In this document: piece after piece, positions 8,187-18,475 of the stretch
Layout: each line of letters opens with the position of its first letter
Position numbering within the stretch: position 1 is the stretch's first letter
DNA from: an uncultured euryarchaeote
GTDB lineage: Archaea > Thermoplasmatota > Poseidoniia > Poseidoniales > Poseidoniaceae
DNA: 37,888 nucleotides
Direction: 5' to 3'
Assembly (NCBI GenBank): GCA_937897005.1
Contig: CALCOQ010000255.1
Location: 1-37,888 of the forward strand
Program-made: the position numbers and the translations under genes
The notes under the pieces: generated by a model
The model's input: only the letters and a program-made list of their open reading frames with translations
What the model was told of the DNA's origin: nothing
Database searches by the model: none

Positions 8187-10483
8187 TCTTTCGCCTCCTT
8201 TTCACCGATCATCCACATTTTCTTCACGCCCCTGATGAATGCTCCATCCCGATGAGCCTCTGTGTTGGCATCCTTCTGGATAGGAATCTCTGCAAATGAT
8301 GGAGTTGGTGGAGGTGAAGTCGTAGACCATTCAAGTGACCATCCACCCCAAGGGTCTGGTCCAGCGGGATCTCCACGCTTCTGGCTGTAAATCATGTTCC
8401 AAACCATGATCAATTGTGACAAACCGAAGACGAATGCCCAAATCGTGATTGAAGAATTCAATTCTCCATATCCGGATTCAATCGTATACGAATGAGTCCT
8501 CCGAGGCATCCCCATGATGCCAAGATTGTGCATTGGCCAGAAAGTGGCATTATAAGAGATGAAAGAAGTCAAGAAATGTATCAGTCCAAGTTTCTCATTC
8601 ATCTTACGGCCGGTCCATTTCGGGTACCAGTAATAGAATGCCGAAAACAGACCGAACACCACTCCTCCAACGAATACATAATGGAAGTGAGCGACCACGA
8701 AATATGTGTCATGGAAGTACATATCCAATCCAGCGACTGGGAAGAACATTCCAGAGATTCCTCCCAATGTGAAAGTGATCAGGAATCCTAAAGCCCACAA
8801 AGTATGGGTCTTGAACACCAAGGCCCCCCCCCATAAAGTCGCCAACCAATTGAAAATCTTGATTCCAGTTGGAATCGCCACCAACATGGTGGCTGCCATC
8901 ATCAAGAACCTCAATTGTGGATCCATTCCACTGGTCAACATATGATGCCCCCAGACGATGAAACCAACAACGCCGATACCCGCCATGGCGTAAACCATTG
9001 ATTTGTAGCCGAATATTGACCTTCTGGCGCTGGTGGCAAGCACTTCAGAGACCACTCCAAAAGCAGGAACAACGACCACATACACTTCAGGATGACCAAA
9101 GAACCAGAACAAGTGTTGGAACAGAACCGGATCTCCGATATTGGTCGCAAAGAAGACAGAGCCAATGGTTCGGTCGAGGAACATCATGACCACCCCGATG
9201 ATGAGTGCTGGAAGAGATAGGAAGAGCATGAACATCGAGATTAGGATACTCCAAGAGAACAGAGGCATCTTCATCCAACTCACCCCATGACCGCGCATGG
9301 TCAGGAAGGTGGTGATGAAGTTGACACCAGACAGGGTCGATGAAGCACCCAACATTATCATTCCAGCAATAAACAAAGTAGTACCCGGATTGGAAGACAT
9401 GTCCCCGCCTCCAGTTGAAGTTGCATATGGGGGATACATGACCCAGGTGATATCTCCAGCCTCTCCACTGAAGATACCCGCATACAACAAGAATGCTGCG
9501 AATGGCAGCATCCAGAATCCCAGTGCATTGACACGCGGGAATGCAAGGTCCTGAGCACCTATCTGAAGTGGAACGATGTAGTTGGCGAAGCCTGCTATCA
9601 TTGGCATTGCCGCAAGGAAGACCATCGTTGTCCCGTGCATGGTGAAGTACGAATTGTATTCTTTTTCAGTCAAGAAGTCGTTCATTGGCGTAGCGAGTTG
9701 CAACCTGAACAACAAGGCCAATAGCCCTCCTACCAAGAAGAACAGTAATCCAAAGTTGAGATAGAGCAACCCCACTCCTTTGTGGTCGGTAGTCGTCAAC
9801 CAGCCTTTCAACCAACCCCAGAAATTGCCCATGTTGAACCCTTCAGGATTACGTGAATAGAACACATACATCGCTGCCAATCCCATGAGAGTGAGGACCA
9901 GAAGAATAGCGGTCATCAGCACGACCATGGCTCGCTTGGCGTCAACGGTTTCTTCAATCGGTCCAGCATTGAGGCCTGCAACCTGATATGTTGCGCCGTT
10001 GTATCCATCACCAGAATTACCGGTTACGCCATTGGCATTTCCATTCACTGCATTACCCCAAAGGGTGAATTCAGCAACCTTGCTATCGTCAGCGGGAGCA
10101 GTCCATGAGACTTCCCATGAACGTTGGTCATTGCCAAGTTCAGTGTGTGTCAATCCACCTTCCACCACCTGGACCAATGTTTGATCGAAATCCAAGGTTC
10201 CACCATTGATCAACAGTCTGAAACCACCCATATTGGCAGTCTCGGATGCACCTGGGATATCGGAATTTGAAACCGTGATCGTCAGATTGTATACTGCACT
10301 TGCATTGAAAGTATCTGGAAGCCCCGAAATGGATACTTCGGTTCCACTCTCCTTGGTATGGCAGAAACAACCACTGTCATCAGCAGTGCTTCCAATGCCG
10401 CCTGGTGTCGCTTGGAACTGAGGAGTGGCTATCAGGGCGATACCGATTATCGCCAACAGGAGAATCGCTCTTCGACGCATCAA
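8183..10483 (-). CDS. coxA: Cytochrome c oxidase subunit I (A1 type) with N-terminal secreted domain
   Basis: TTDHK, TMHG, DLAFPRVN, WFFGHPEVY, WGHHM, HDTYFVVAHFHY, GMPRR motifs; about 220 extra N-terminal residues. Confidence 0.97.
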   Translation of the reverse strand: MMRRRAILLLAIIGIALIATPQFQATPGGIGSTADDSGCFCHTKESGTEVSISGLPDTFNASAVYNLTITVSNSDIPGASETANMGGFRLLINGGTLDFDQTLVQVVEGGLTHTELGNDQRSWEVSWTAPADDSKVAEFTLWGNAVNGNANGVTGNSGDGYNGATYQVAGLNAGPIEETVDAKRAMVVLMTAILLVLTLMGLAAMYVFYSRNPEGFNMGNFWGWLKGWLTTTDHKGVGLLYLNFGLLFFLVGGLLALLFRLQLATPMNDFLTEKEYNSYFTMHGTTMVFLAAMPMIAGFANYIVPLQIGAQDLAFPRVNALGFWMLPFAAFLLYAGIFSGEAGDITWVMYPPYATSTGGGDMSSNPGTTLFIAGMIMLGASSTLSGVNFITTFLTMRGHGVSWMKMPLFSWSILISMFMLFLSLPALIIGVVMMFLDRTIGSVFFATNIGDPVLFQHLFWFFGHPEVYVVVVPAFGVVSEVLATSARRSIFGYKSMVYAMAGIGVVGFIVWGHHMLTSGMDPQLRFLMMAATMLVAIPTGIKIFNWLATLWGGALVFKTHTLWALGFLITFTLGGISGMFFPVAGLDMYFHDTYFVVAHFHYVFVGGVVFGLFSAFYYWYPKWTGRKMNEKLGLIHFLTSFISYNATFWPMHNLGIMGMPRRTHSYTIESGYGELNSSITIWAFVFGLSQLIMVWNMIYSQKRGDPAGPDPWGGWSLEWSTTSPPPTPSFAEIPIQKDANTEAHRDGAFIRGVKKMWMIGEKEAKE

Positions 10484-11397
10484 GCACCACCGCCACAGGA
10501 CTCCAATTTACTGTCTGGATTCGCCACCACAGTGATTTGTCCTGTCATATATGCATGCCTCATTCCGCAATATTCTGCACAGACGACATCAAAGGTTCCA
10601 GTTTCATATGGATGGAAATAAATCATCGTTTCGATGGTTGGGACAATATCTTCCTTGACCCCCCATTCAGGTAAGAACAATGCATGAAGAACGGCATCAG
10701 CTTCACCCAACCTTTCACTGGTCATGGTCATCTTGATGTCTCTATCACAAGGAACGAAAACCTCTCCAGAACTTGCAGTCTGGGCGGAATACCTGACGTA
10801 GGAGTAGACTTGCAAGCCGTCTTCATCAGTGATGGTCAAGGAAAACATCTCGTGCAGGTCCACGATGGTGTTCTGGGTTGCTAAGCCTGAACTGATATTG
10901 AATTGGCCATTGGCTGGTCCATTGGTCCATATTGCCGTGAGATTGACATCCATGGTACTGGTTGAAACCAGAATCGTGCCTTCTGAGACACTCAAGTGGA
11001 TTGGATATGGAAGACCATCGGCCACTTCTTCGATGACTATCGGTTCAGTGTAGGTGAATGCCCAGTTCCATTGAGTTGCTGTGACCTCGACGATGAATGC
11101 TTCCTCGTCACTGGGGGGGTTTCCCCATGCATCATACAAGGATGTCCAAGACAATACACAGAGCCATGCTACAAGAATCGATGGAACAACTACCCAAGCG
11201 GTCTCCAATCGAAGATTATCTCTCTCTTTTGGAAATGTTCCCGGCTCGAGTTTCTCCAGAGTCGATTCATCCACCATTCCCTGACGGAATCTAAGAATTG
11301 AATAAATCATCCAAACAAAAACAATCAATCCCACGATAATTGACCAGAACATGAATTGGTTGTACAGAGTCTTCCAGGCGAGTTCCTCGGTTGCCAT
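10480..11397 (-). CDS. coxB: Cytochrome c oxidase subunit II (CuA)
   Basis: Two TM helices, LETAW..VP, QWNWAFTY, VLHAL and CAEYCGMRHAYM CuA ligands; 4-nt overlap with coxA. Confidence 0.96.
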   Translation of the reverse strand: MATEELAWKTLYNQFMFWSIIVGLIVFVWMIYSILRFRQGMVDESTLEKLEPGTFPKERDNLRLETAWVVVPSILVAWLCVLSWTSLYDAWGNPPSDEEAFIVEVTATQWNWAFTYTEPIVIEEVADGLPYPIHLSVSEGTILVSTSTMDVNLTAIWTNGPANGQFNISSGLATQNTIVDLHEMFSLTITDEDGLQVYSYVRYSAQTASSGEVFVPCDRDIKMTMTSERLGEADAVLHALFLPEWGVKEDIVPTIETMIYFHPYETGTFDVVCAEYCGMRHAYMTGQITVVANPDSKLESCGGGA

Positions 11398-11552
11398 AGT
11401 ACTCCCAATCGCTGGCGAGCGACAGCCGCTCATGAACGTTTGCTCATCACCTCTACGAGGTGGGGTGAGAATTGAGAAATATCTTCAACCCAAAAAATCA
11501 TGCTGAGAAATTGCTGAGAAGAGGCATCCACAAGTACTTCACACGAATCAAG

Positions 11553-11879
11553 ATGGCCATGGCTGATGCCTCGATAGCACTCTCTTCTGGCCAAGGGATG
11601 GTGAAGTTGGATATTGAGGTTCAACCCGGAGCAAAGCGAGAAGGAATCACTGGGCTGAATGAATGGCGCAACAGATTACAGGTCGCAGTACGAGCCTTGC
11701 CTCAGGACGGTGAAGCGAATGATGCGGTGTTGGATCTGTTGTCAGAGAATCTAGATATTCCTGTAAGTTCGTTGGAATTGACCAACGGTCAAACATCCAG
11801 ACGCAAAACAGTCTCCATCACGGGCCGTGGACTTGAGGAGATTCATCAACGGCTCACAGAGATTCTTGAGGGGATATGA
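11553..11879 (+). CDS. DUF167/UPF0235 (YggU-like) protein
   Basis: EVQPGAKR, LQVAVRALPQDGEAN, GQTSRRKTV pattern. Confidence 0.9.
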   Translation: MAMADASIALSSGQGMVKLDIEVQPGAKREGITGLNEWRNRLQVAVRALPQDGEANDAVLDLLSENLDIPVSSLELTNGQTSRRKTVSITGRGLEEIHQRLTEILEGI

Positions 11880-11880
11880 G

Positions 11881-12405
11881 TTGTCTCTCGATGAAAAGCG
11901 TAAGAGGAGGCGAAAAAGCCATTTCAGTAACGGAAACAATGGCGAAGAACGCAAGCGTATGGCTGCCGAAGTTCTAGCCGAAGCACGAAAGAGGAATCGA
12001 CCTGCAGAACTCGGTGGTTCAGGATGCCCAATCCTGGTCGAAGGAAAGAGGGACAAGGCAGCCTTGCTCTCATTATCATTTGAAGGTGAATTGGAGTTGG
12101 TCAATCGAGGTTGGCCGCTGGAGAAATTGGCCGGATGGTTCGCCCAACGTCTGCAACACAAGAATCCAATCGATGCGAAGGAATCAATCATTCTACTGAT
12201 GGATTGGGACCGTACAGGAGGCAGGTTACAGAATGACCTGCGCAGAAGGCTGAGAGCATTTGACATCAGTGTTGATGAATACACACGTCAGACATTGATG
12301 CGGGTACTGAAACCGGAAACCAGAGTTGTCGAGGACCTGCACAGCATGGCCGAAGAATTGCTACCATTACTGGAAGAATTGGACCCTTCAAAAGAATCAG
12401 AATGA
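11881..12405 (+). CDS. Stand-alone Toprim-domain protein (RNase M5/small primase-like)
   Basis: ILVEGKRD and LLMDWDRTG Toprim motifs; start uncertain (TTG 11881 or ATG 11959). Confidence 0.85.
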   Translation: MSLDEKRKRRRKSHFSNGNNGEERKRMAAEVLAEARKRNRPAELGGSGCPILVEGKRDKAALLSLSFEGELELVNRGWPLEKLAGWFAQRLQHKNPIDAKESIILLMDWDRTGGRLQNDLRRRLRAFDISVDEYTRQTLMRVLKPETRVVEDLHSMAEELLPLLEELDPSKESE

Positions 12406-12422
12406 TGGTTCAACAATAGCGG

Positions 12423-12875
12423 TCACTCGAATGGAGGAGTAACCGTTGACTCTTTCACCGTGTTCAATACCACGTGGGTGAAAGAGCGAATTATCCCATC
12501 TACAGAGAAAACCTTCTTGGTCAAGTCATTCAATTCCTCTCTGTTCCGTATTCTCGCCATGGCGATGCTGTCGAAATCACCTGTGACATCGTAGACCGAA
12601 AATACCCTTGGATCTGAAGCGATTCTCTGTTGCACATCCATCATCCTTCCTTTCTCAATCCTCAAACCGACGATGACACACATCTCCCAACCGATGGCGT
12701 GGGGGTCGAGGTCAACACTCCAGCCACGCACAACCCCTCTCTCCTGTAATGACCGCAAACGACTGGAGGCAGTTCCAAGAGCAATGCCAACGGCGGAAGC
12801 GAGAGTTCTAAGGCTCGCCTTCGGCTCTTTCAGCAGTTCAAGTATCATCTTCTTATCAATCTCATCCAGCTCCAT
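12423..12875 (-). CDS. Lrp/AsnC family transcriptional regulator
   Basis: LDEIDKKMILEL...HTH and VYDVTGDFD RAM domain; GGAGGTGA SD upstream. Confidence 0.95.
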   Translation of the reverse strand: MELDEIDKKMILELLKEPKASLRTLASAVGIALGTASSRLRSLQERGVVRGWSVDLDPHAIGWEMCVIVGLRIEKGRMMDVQQRIASDPRVFSVYDVTGDFDSIAMARIRNREELNDLTKKVFSVDGIIRSFTHVVLNTVKESTVTPPFE

Positions 12876-13013
12876 CTCCAATTCACCTCCGGCTTGGAAT
12901 TGCTATTCCGACCAAGTGGGCTCTTGAACGTTCGCACAATCTTGGTCAGTGAAATCGAACGCCTGCCAACTGAATTGCTGAAATCTGGCCGCTAATACCA
13001 ATATCGTTCATTA

Positions 13014-14345
13014 TCATCCTCGTGGCGCCATGAGACTCAGATCCATGACCCAATTACCATAGGTCTCAACTTCAAGGGAGAAACGAATGACGACAGGCTC
13101 TTCGATGTCTTCAGGAATGCCTTTGATCTGCAATCGTATAGAGTGCTCGGAATCAGCTTTCAATTCACTGAGGTCCACTCTCTTCTTCATCTTCCATGGA
13201 TCACTTATCTCCACCTTTCCCATCCTGGCAGAATATTTACCGATTCTGATATCAAGACTCGCTACCAATCGTAATTCTTCAGAATCGCCGTCCTGGTCAT
13301 CATTCAGAAGCCTGCCAGTTATCCTTGGCAGCGCACCCTCTCTCTGTTTCTCTGTGAGGATGATGATGATGACACAGATAATGGCGAATGTCAGGAAGCC
13401 GATTCGGGGCAAGGCTTCATTCATAGAAGTCCCTTCCCACATCGTTGGGAGATTCATTTCAGTCATAGCGAGGACCACAGATGGTTCCGATGGAGGAGGG
13501 GCCTCTCCTGCAGCACCCCCTTCGGCCACTGCGTGACCTGCAAGAAACGCCACCAGACCCCAACGTTGGGAATCATCAGAATTTATCCTGATTCCAGCAG
13601 CCTCAAGATGTTCAAAGCTGAAACCTGAAACCAGATGAGTGACATTTCCCGCCCTCTTGGAAAAAGCCTGAGTAGCGGTCCATTCCCTGACCACATGTGG
13701 TGGACGAACGCCCTCGTTCCATACTTCAGGATACCATTCAACCAATGCGATATTCAGTATCACATCAGAAGAGAGATTGACCAAGGGCTTGAAATCACTT
13801 TCAATATCTATCTCATCAACTATATCGTCTCCATCAATATCGATGAGAGTGACCTCAAGAGGTAGTTCAGCCGCTACCACACCTCCTGCATCTGGAGTGG
13901 TTCCATTCAAAGCCAAGCCGGCACGTACCGGATTGAAAGCAGGCCCATCTTCAATTCCTTCCAACCTTTGGAAATCAACCCTGATCGCTGGAACCTGTGC
14001 ACTCAATTCATCTGCCCTGAAGTTAGAGTCGCTATTGGACAGTGGGTCATTGGAATTGATACTTGGATGCCAAGACAGCCATACCATACCCTCATCCTTA
14101 TCCATGCTCAATGCATTATCCTCCTCAAACTGGTTGCATTGGTTGATATCGGAATTACAGAACCATTCGATGAGGGGAGCCGTAGCACCATCATCGGCCA
14201 CACTCTTGCTTGCTAGAATGTACCTATCCACTGAGACTTCTCCCTGTGCATCAACAACTGGAATCAATAGCATCAACAAGATGATTGGAACCAAAACGTG
14301 AGAGCGCTGGATACCGTCCATCAAACTCGGCAGAACGTTTCTCAC
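13014..14345 (-). CDS. Hypothetical exported/membrane protein
   Basis: Signal-like N-terminus, acidic ectodomain, one TM (IGFLTFAIICVIIIILT); 4-nt overlap with the upstream methyltransferase. Confidence 0.75.
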   Translation of the reverse strand: MRNVLPSLMDGIQRSHVLVPIILLMLLIPVVDAQGEVSVDRYILASKSVADDGATAPLIEWFCNSDINQCNQFEEDNALSMDKDEGMVWLSWHPSINSNDPLSNSDSNFRADELSAQVPAIRVDFQRLEGIEDGPAFNPVRAGLALNGTTPDAGGVVAAELPLEVTLIDIDGDDIVDEIDIESDFKPLVNLSSDVILNIALVEWYPEVWNEGVRPPHVVREWTATQAFSKRAGNVTHLVSGFSFEHLEAAGIRINSDDSQRWGLVAFLAGHAVAEGGAAGEAPPPSEPSVVLAMTEMNLPTMWEGTSMNEALPRIGFLTFAIICVIIIILTEKQREGALPRITGRLLNDDQDGDSEELRLVASLDIRIGKYSARMGKVEISDPWKMKKRVDLSELKADSEHSIRLQIKGIPEDIEEPVVIRFSLEVETYGNWVMDLSLMAPRG

Positions 14346-15922
14346 GATGAATCCTCTGCCCTTTGGACAGCCTGAGCCAACAATATCTTCCTCTCAGCCT
14401 CATTGACCATCAAGGTGAGATAAGCACCTGCCCATACTGGCAGACCCGGGTGGTTCTCTGAACTGAGGATGACATATCCTTGCATGGAATCGTTGTTCTT
14501 GTTGTCAACCTCACCTTCCTCAAGAATCTGTTGAATGAATGAATCTGCAACAGATTCAGTATTACTGATCAGTCGTTCAAGTATTGGTCTTGCTTCAGAA
14601 CGCGGCCTGATTCCATCCTTACCGGGTTGGAAGGCGGTGATACCAGCATGGATGACATTCAGAGGTGTCCATTGTTTTCCTGGTGAAATCCTTCTCCGTT
14701 TCACAGTACGAGGTTGTTCCCATAACCACTCTTTGGCATCGATTGAAGATAACGAGTATTTCTTTCCACGTCTCCACCACGAATAGTAGTCATTCTCAGA
14801 CATGCCCCAACGGTTCTTGATCTCTGAAACCTCACTCGAATTCGCAATAACTGGAAGATGATGGTCTCTATCTCGAGCATCATTATTCTTCATTTCCTCT
14901 CTGGGAATCTTCGGTATCATCGCTCGGGCAGTATCTTCATCGGGGAGTCGATGTTTGAGTCTAGCAAGGAAGAATCCTCCACTATCATTGTCCTCAGGAG
15001 CAACTCTGACCGTGCCCTTCAAGGTTTCATCGCTCCAGTTGAATTTTTCATTTTCCCAATTGGAGATTCCTTGTCTTGAAGTCAGGCCAGGAAACATTGT
15101 TTCTGAATCAATTGGTTCCAATTCCATGTATTCCAGTTCACTGAGTATCTGATACACCACTCCCTCATTCTCAACCGGATCAAATGAACAAGTGGAATAG
15201 ACAAGCCGGCCACCTGGGCGTAACAAGGCACAGGCTCGTTTTAGAATATCCACCTGCAATCTGTTCAATCCAGATGCTGATTCTGGTTTCCAGTTCCACC
15301 AAACATGCTTGTTCTTACGCATCGTGGCACTACCAGTACAGGGAACATCGACCAATATGGCATCAAAACCCGGATCGGGTACCGAAGGGAAGTGCCTTCC
15401 ATCATGACGGGTGAGAATGATATTCGACAAGCCGATTCTTCCTCGATTGCTGACCAGGGTGTTCAACCTTGAAGATGAAACGTCATTGGCCACCAAGACG
15501 CCGGTATCGTGCATCGATTCACTCAACTGAGTGGTCTTGGAACCGGGTGCGGCGCATATATCGAGTATCCTCTCTCCATGCTCTGGTTCTAAGCAGATGA
15601 CTGGTAACATGGAAACGGCTTCCTGGCGCGTCGTTCTTCCTGTTTCATGAAGAGCGATATACAACTGTTCATGTTCCTCAGGGATCGAACCTCTTGGCCA
15701 AGACATGGTATATGCTGAACCACCAGGAAACCAAGATATCGGTTCTGCACCCATCTGTTCAAGCATCGCTCTGGTATTTTCAACATCTGATCTCAATGGA
15801 TTTAGTCGGACGGTTTCCGGCAGTTCGCGAGTCGTATACGTGAACCAATCCTCCATGGAATGGCCTGTTTCCATCGCCAAGACTGCCAATGCACTGTCCT
15901 TGACCTCTTCAATGCTGACCAC
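14342..15922 (-). CDS. RsmB/NOP2/NSUN family RNA m5C methyltransferase
   Basis: QEAVSM, ILDICAAPGSKT, DVPCTGSA, YSTCS..P.ENE, GGFFLARL motifs; start approximate. Confidence 0.95.
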   Translation of the reverse strand: MVSIEEVKDSALAVLAMETGHSMEDWFTYTTRELPETVRLNPLRSDVENTRAMLEQMGAEPISWFPGGSAYTMSWPRGSIPEEHEQLYIALHETGRTTRQEAVSMLPVICLEPEHGERILDICAAPGSKTTQLSESMHDTGVLVANDVSSSRLNTLVSNRGRIGLSNIILTRHDGRHFPSVPDPGFDAILVDVPCTGSATMRKNKHVWWNWKPESASGLNRLQVDILKRACALLRPGGRLVYSTCSFDPVENEGVVYQILSELEYMELEPIDSETMFPGLTSRQGISNWENEKFNWSDETLKGTVRVAPEDNDSGGFFLARLKHRLPDEDTARAMIPKIPREEMKNNDARDRDHHLPVIANSSEVSEIKNRWGMSENDYYSWWRRGKKYSLSSIDAKEWLWEQPRTVKRRRISPGKQWTPLNVIHAGITAFQPGKDGIRPRSEARPILERLISNTESVADSFIQQILEEGEVDNKNNDSMQGYVILSSENHPGLPVWAGAYLTLMVNEAERKILLAQAVQRAEDSS

Positions 15923-16006
15923 GGCACAACGGCGAAGCCATCGCAAATGAGTCTATGCAAGTGACGGAGGGGGCTTATTGATGAATTGAAACTTCACCCA
16001 CGCATC

Positions 16007-17419
16007 ATGGCGACCGGACTGTTGACGCCAGAATGGCCCGCTTTCCTTTCTCTTCTGAGCGCGGCATTCCTTCCATTCTGGCCGATGATCCATATGCGAT
16101 TTGATGATGAGCATCATCCCATCTGGGGTAAGATTGACCGGATTCTTCCGTGGTTACCTGGTGTCTTCATCGGATTGGCGCTCCTCTTCGATATCATTGC
16201 TCACCTCAGCTACAACACCGGTCATCAGCGTGTGATTGCCAGACTGGATGCAGAAATGTCTCTATTCAGCAGATTGGCGGTCTCCTTGTCTGGGTGGACA
16301 TCATGGGCCTTGCTGCTGATGCTCGGACTCGGACTACATCTTGCAGTAACTTCCACAGTTCTCGATGAAGGAGGGAATATTGCAGGAGATAGCCACCGTA
16401 TGCATGATGGAGTCCTCATTCTGTTCGGAATATTCTGGGTGATGTTGTTGTTTGCACTGTTACCTCCTGACCCATTTCCATCTGCTGATGGTTTCATCAC
16501 TCCGGAAGAAGTTCCCTTTCCTCCCTCATTGTGGAGTGTCATGTTGATGGCTCCCACAATATTGCTTGCTGGTTGGCTGATTGGTTTTGGCATTCTCCAT
16601 CTCGCAGATGTGACTTGCCCCGCCAAGTGGCCCGAAACCATCTCCAGACCTCATTCTGGAACTGGATGGTTCGTGGCTCTGCCAATCGTCGCTATTCTAT
16701 TTGGTTTCTCGATGGTCGATCTGAATACCATGTCTGATGGAATGGCGATGTCTGACCTCATTCTAGATGCAACACACGGAACACGTACGGCTTTCATGTT
16801 GGCTTTCTCAATCACCCTGGTATTGGGTAGTTGTGCACTTCAGGTAGCGGCTGTCTCTGTTCATAGAACGAGAATAGGCAGCGATCGGTGGAAGGGGCTT
16901 GTGGCAACATTCAGTCACTCCCTTTTCTGGATACTGATCGGTGGATGGTGCTTGCTGGCAGGACTCCCTGGAGTTGATGCCTCATGGGGGGCAATCGCCC
17001 TGTTGGCTAGACTCGCAACCCCCTTGATATTGATAGGAGCTGTTGGGATGCTACTGCCATTGATAGGATTTGATGAACGTCCAAGAGCTGAGATATGGGG
17101 TTGGACAATGATGCTTATGCTAGGTGCTCCTGCTCTTGCACTATGGGAGCCGCGTTCGGCTTTTCTCGCCTTGACACTGCTTCCAGCATTGTCTTTCACT
17201 GCAATCATTCCACCATTGTTTGAGACTGATGTCCGACTTTCCTCGGAAAGAAGGAAAAGATGGATATGGATAATTCTAGTGACTGAAACCCTGATCTTCA
17301 TCAGTTTAGTCCTTTTTGCCATCGATAGCATTGGATTGATTGCAGTTCTCCCCGGATTGATGTTCAGCACCCTGATTCCGGGAATGTTGGTACATGCATG
17401 GCCAAATCATGTTGATTGA
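16007..17419 (+). CDS. Hypothetical polytopic membrane protein (about 13 TM)
   Basis: Long ORF of successive hydrophobic helices; no family motif recognised. Confidence 0.8.
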   Translation: MATGLLTPEWPAFLSLLSAAFLPFWPMIHMRFDDEHHPIWGKIDRILPWLPGVFIGLALLFDIIAHLSYNTGHQRVIARLDAEMSLFSRLAVSLSGWTSWALLLMLGLGLHLAVTSTVLDEGGNIAGDSHRMHDGVLILFGIFWVMLLFALLPPDPFPSADGFITPEEVPFPPSLWSVMLMAPTILLAGWLIGFGILHLADVTCPAKWPETISRPHSGTGWFVALPIVAILFGFSMVDLNTMSDGMAMSDLILDATHGTRTAFMLAFSITLVLGSCALQVAAVSVHRTRIGSDRWKGLVATFSHSLFWILIGGWCLLAGLPGVDASWGAIALLARLATPLILIGAVGMLLPLIGFDERPRAEIWGWTMMLMLGAPALALWEPRSAFLALTLLPALSFTAIIPPLFETDVRLSSERRKRWIWIILVTETLIFISLVLFAIDSIGLIAVLPGLMFSTLIPGMLVHAWPNHVD

Positions 17420-17487
17420 CGGCAATTTCAGAAAGGTCGTTCAATACGCCTCAAGATTTCTATCATTCCCTAACTATTATCAATGCA

Positions 17488-17880
17488 ATGAATGGCATGG
17501 TCGCTCGGGAATCCAGTATTCCCAGGATGGGATGGAAGATGGGAAGAGCCTTCAGAGAAGGAATATCAGATGAGAAAAAGGTGCGATTTCATCAAAGAAT
17601 ATCGCAGATGATGAACATTGGTGGACGGGCAAGAAGAAGTAAAGCGGACGAAGGTCCCCGTGTCAGAGTGCCAGCGATGATCACTGTTGAAGACGAAGAA
17701 TGGATCTGGGAACAGGTGAGTGCTGACGTACTGGCCTCACTATCTCATAGATTGATGATCCAAGATGCTGACGGTAACGCTCAGCCCCTAGGGTGTACTG
17801 CAGATTTCGATACCGCTCTAGCATTAGCCAAGGAAATGGCAAGTGAAGGTGAAGTCATCCTCATCGAACCCAATCTCTGA
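17488..17880 (+). CDS. Hypothetical protein
   Basis: Fills the gap with plausible composition; start uncertain. Confidence 0.65.
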   Translation: MNGMVARESSIPRMGWKMGRAFREGISDEKKVRFHQRISQMMNIGGRARRSKADEGPRVRVPAMITVEDEEWIWEQVSADVLASLSHRLMIQDADGNAQPLGCTADFDTALALAKEMASEGEVILIEPNL

Positions 17881-17919
17881 ACCCACGGGTTCAATAGGAA
17901 GCAGGATTCTCCATCTTCG

Positions 17920-18204
17920 ATGATTAAGGAATTGATTCCATTAACAGAAGAAATGCTGCCATATTCACCTGAGGAAGGATTGAATGTCGCGGTGGACGGG
18001 CAACCTGCCCGATGCTGGAAATCATTCCGAGGATGGGGGAGTGAAAAGATAGTGATATTGTTTGATGAGGACCATCACAGATGGAGCGATGGGTTCACGA
18101 CCAAGTACTACGAATTCAGAGCACCGGGTAAGATGCATTGGGGTTTCGACGGTGGGGTGATGGAAATCTTCGTCATTCCTTCAGAAGGTACTGAAGAGGA
18201 ATGA
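17920..18204 (+). CDS. Hypothetical protein
   Basis: 94-aa ORF with TTCAAT motif 24 nt upstream. Confidence 0.7.
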   Translation: MIKELIPLTEEMLPYSPEEGLNVAVDGQPARCWKSFRGWGSEKIVILFDEDHHRWSDGFTTKYYEFRAPGKMHWGFDGGVMEIFVIPSEGTEEE

Positions 18205-18218
18205 AGTCGTGTTTCGCA

Positions 18219-18416
18219 TCAAAAGATGCCGAAGAACCACTCAAGGACGCCATGATTGGCAAGATAAACAACTGCTGACAGAATGATACATGCAGCATAT
18301 ATCTGACCTTTGGTGAAATGCCATGCATCCTCCGATTCCTCATCGAAATATCGAATCAGACCAGCAGCTTGTTGGATGCCACTGCCATCCTTCTTCTTGC
18401 TTTTCTTCACCGCCAT
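18219..18416 (-). CDS. secG: Preprotein translocase subunit Sec61beta (archaeal SecG)
   Basis: Basic N-terminus, AAGLIRYFDEE signature, one C-terminal TM. Confidence 0.93.
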   Translation of the reverse strand: MAVKKSKKKDGSGIQQAAGLIRYFDEESEDAWHFTKGQIYAACIILSAVVYLANHGVLEWFFGIF

Positions 18417-18475
18417 GGTCAACCAGCGTGCCGGCGAAATGCCATCCCTATTTCAACGCGACGGGAATCCGGCAA

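Noticed and set aside
10355..10372. Canonical c-type heme motif in the CoxI N-domain
   Set aside because: The sequence is CFCH (CxCH), not CxxCH, so covalent heme cannot be claimed.
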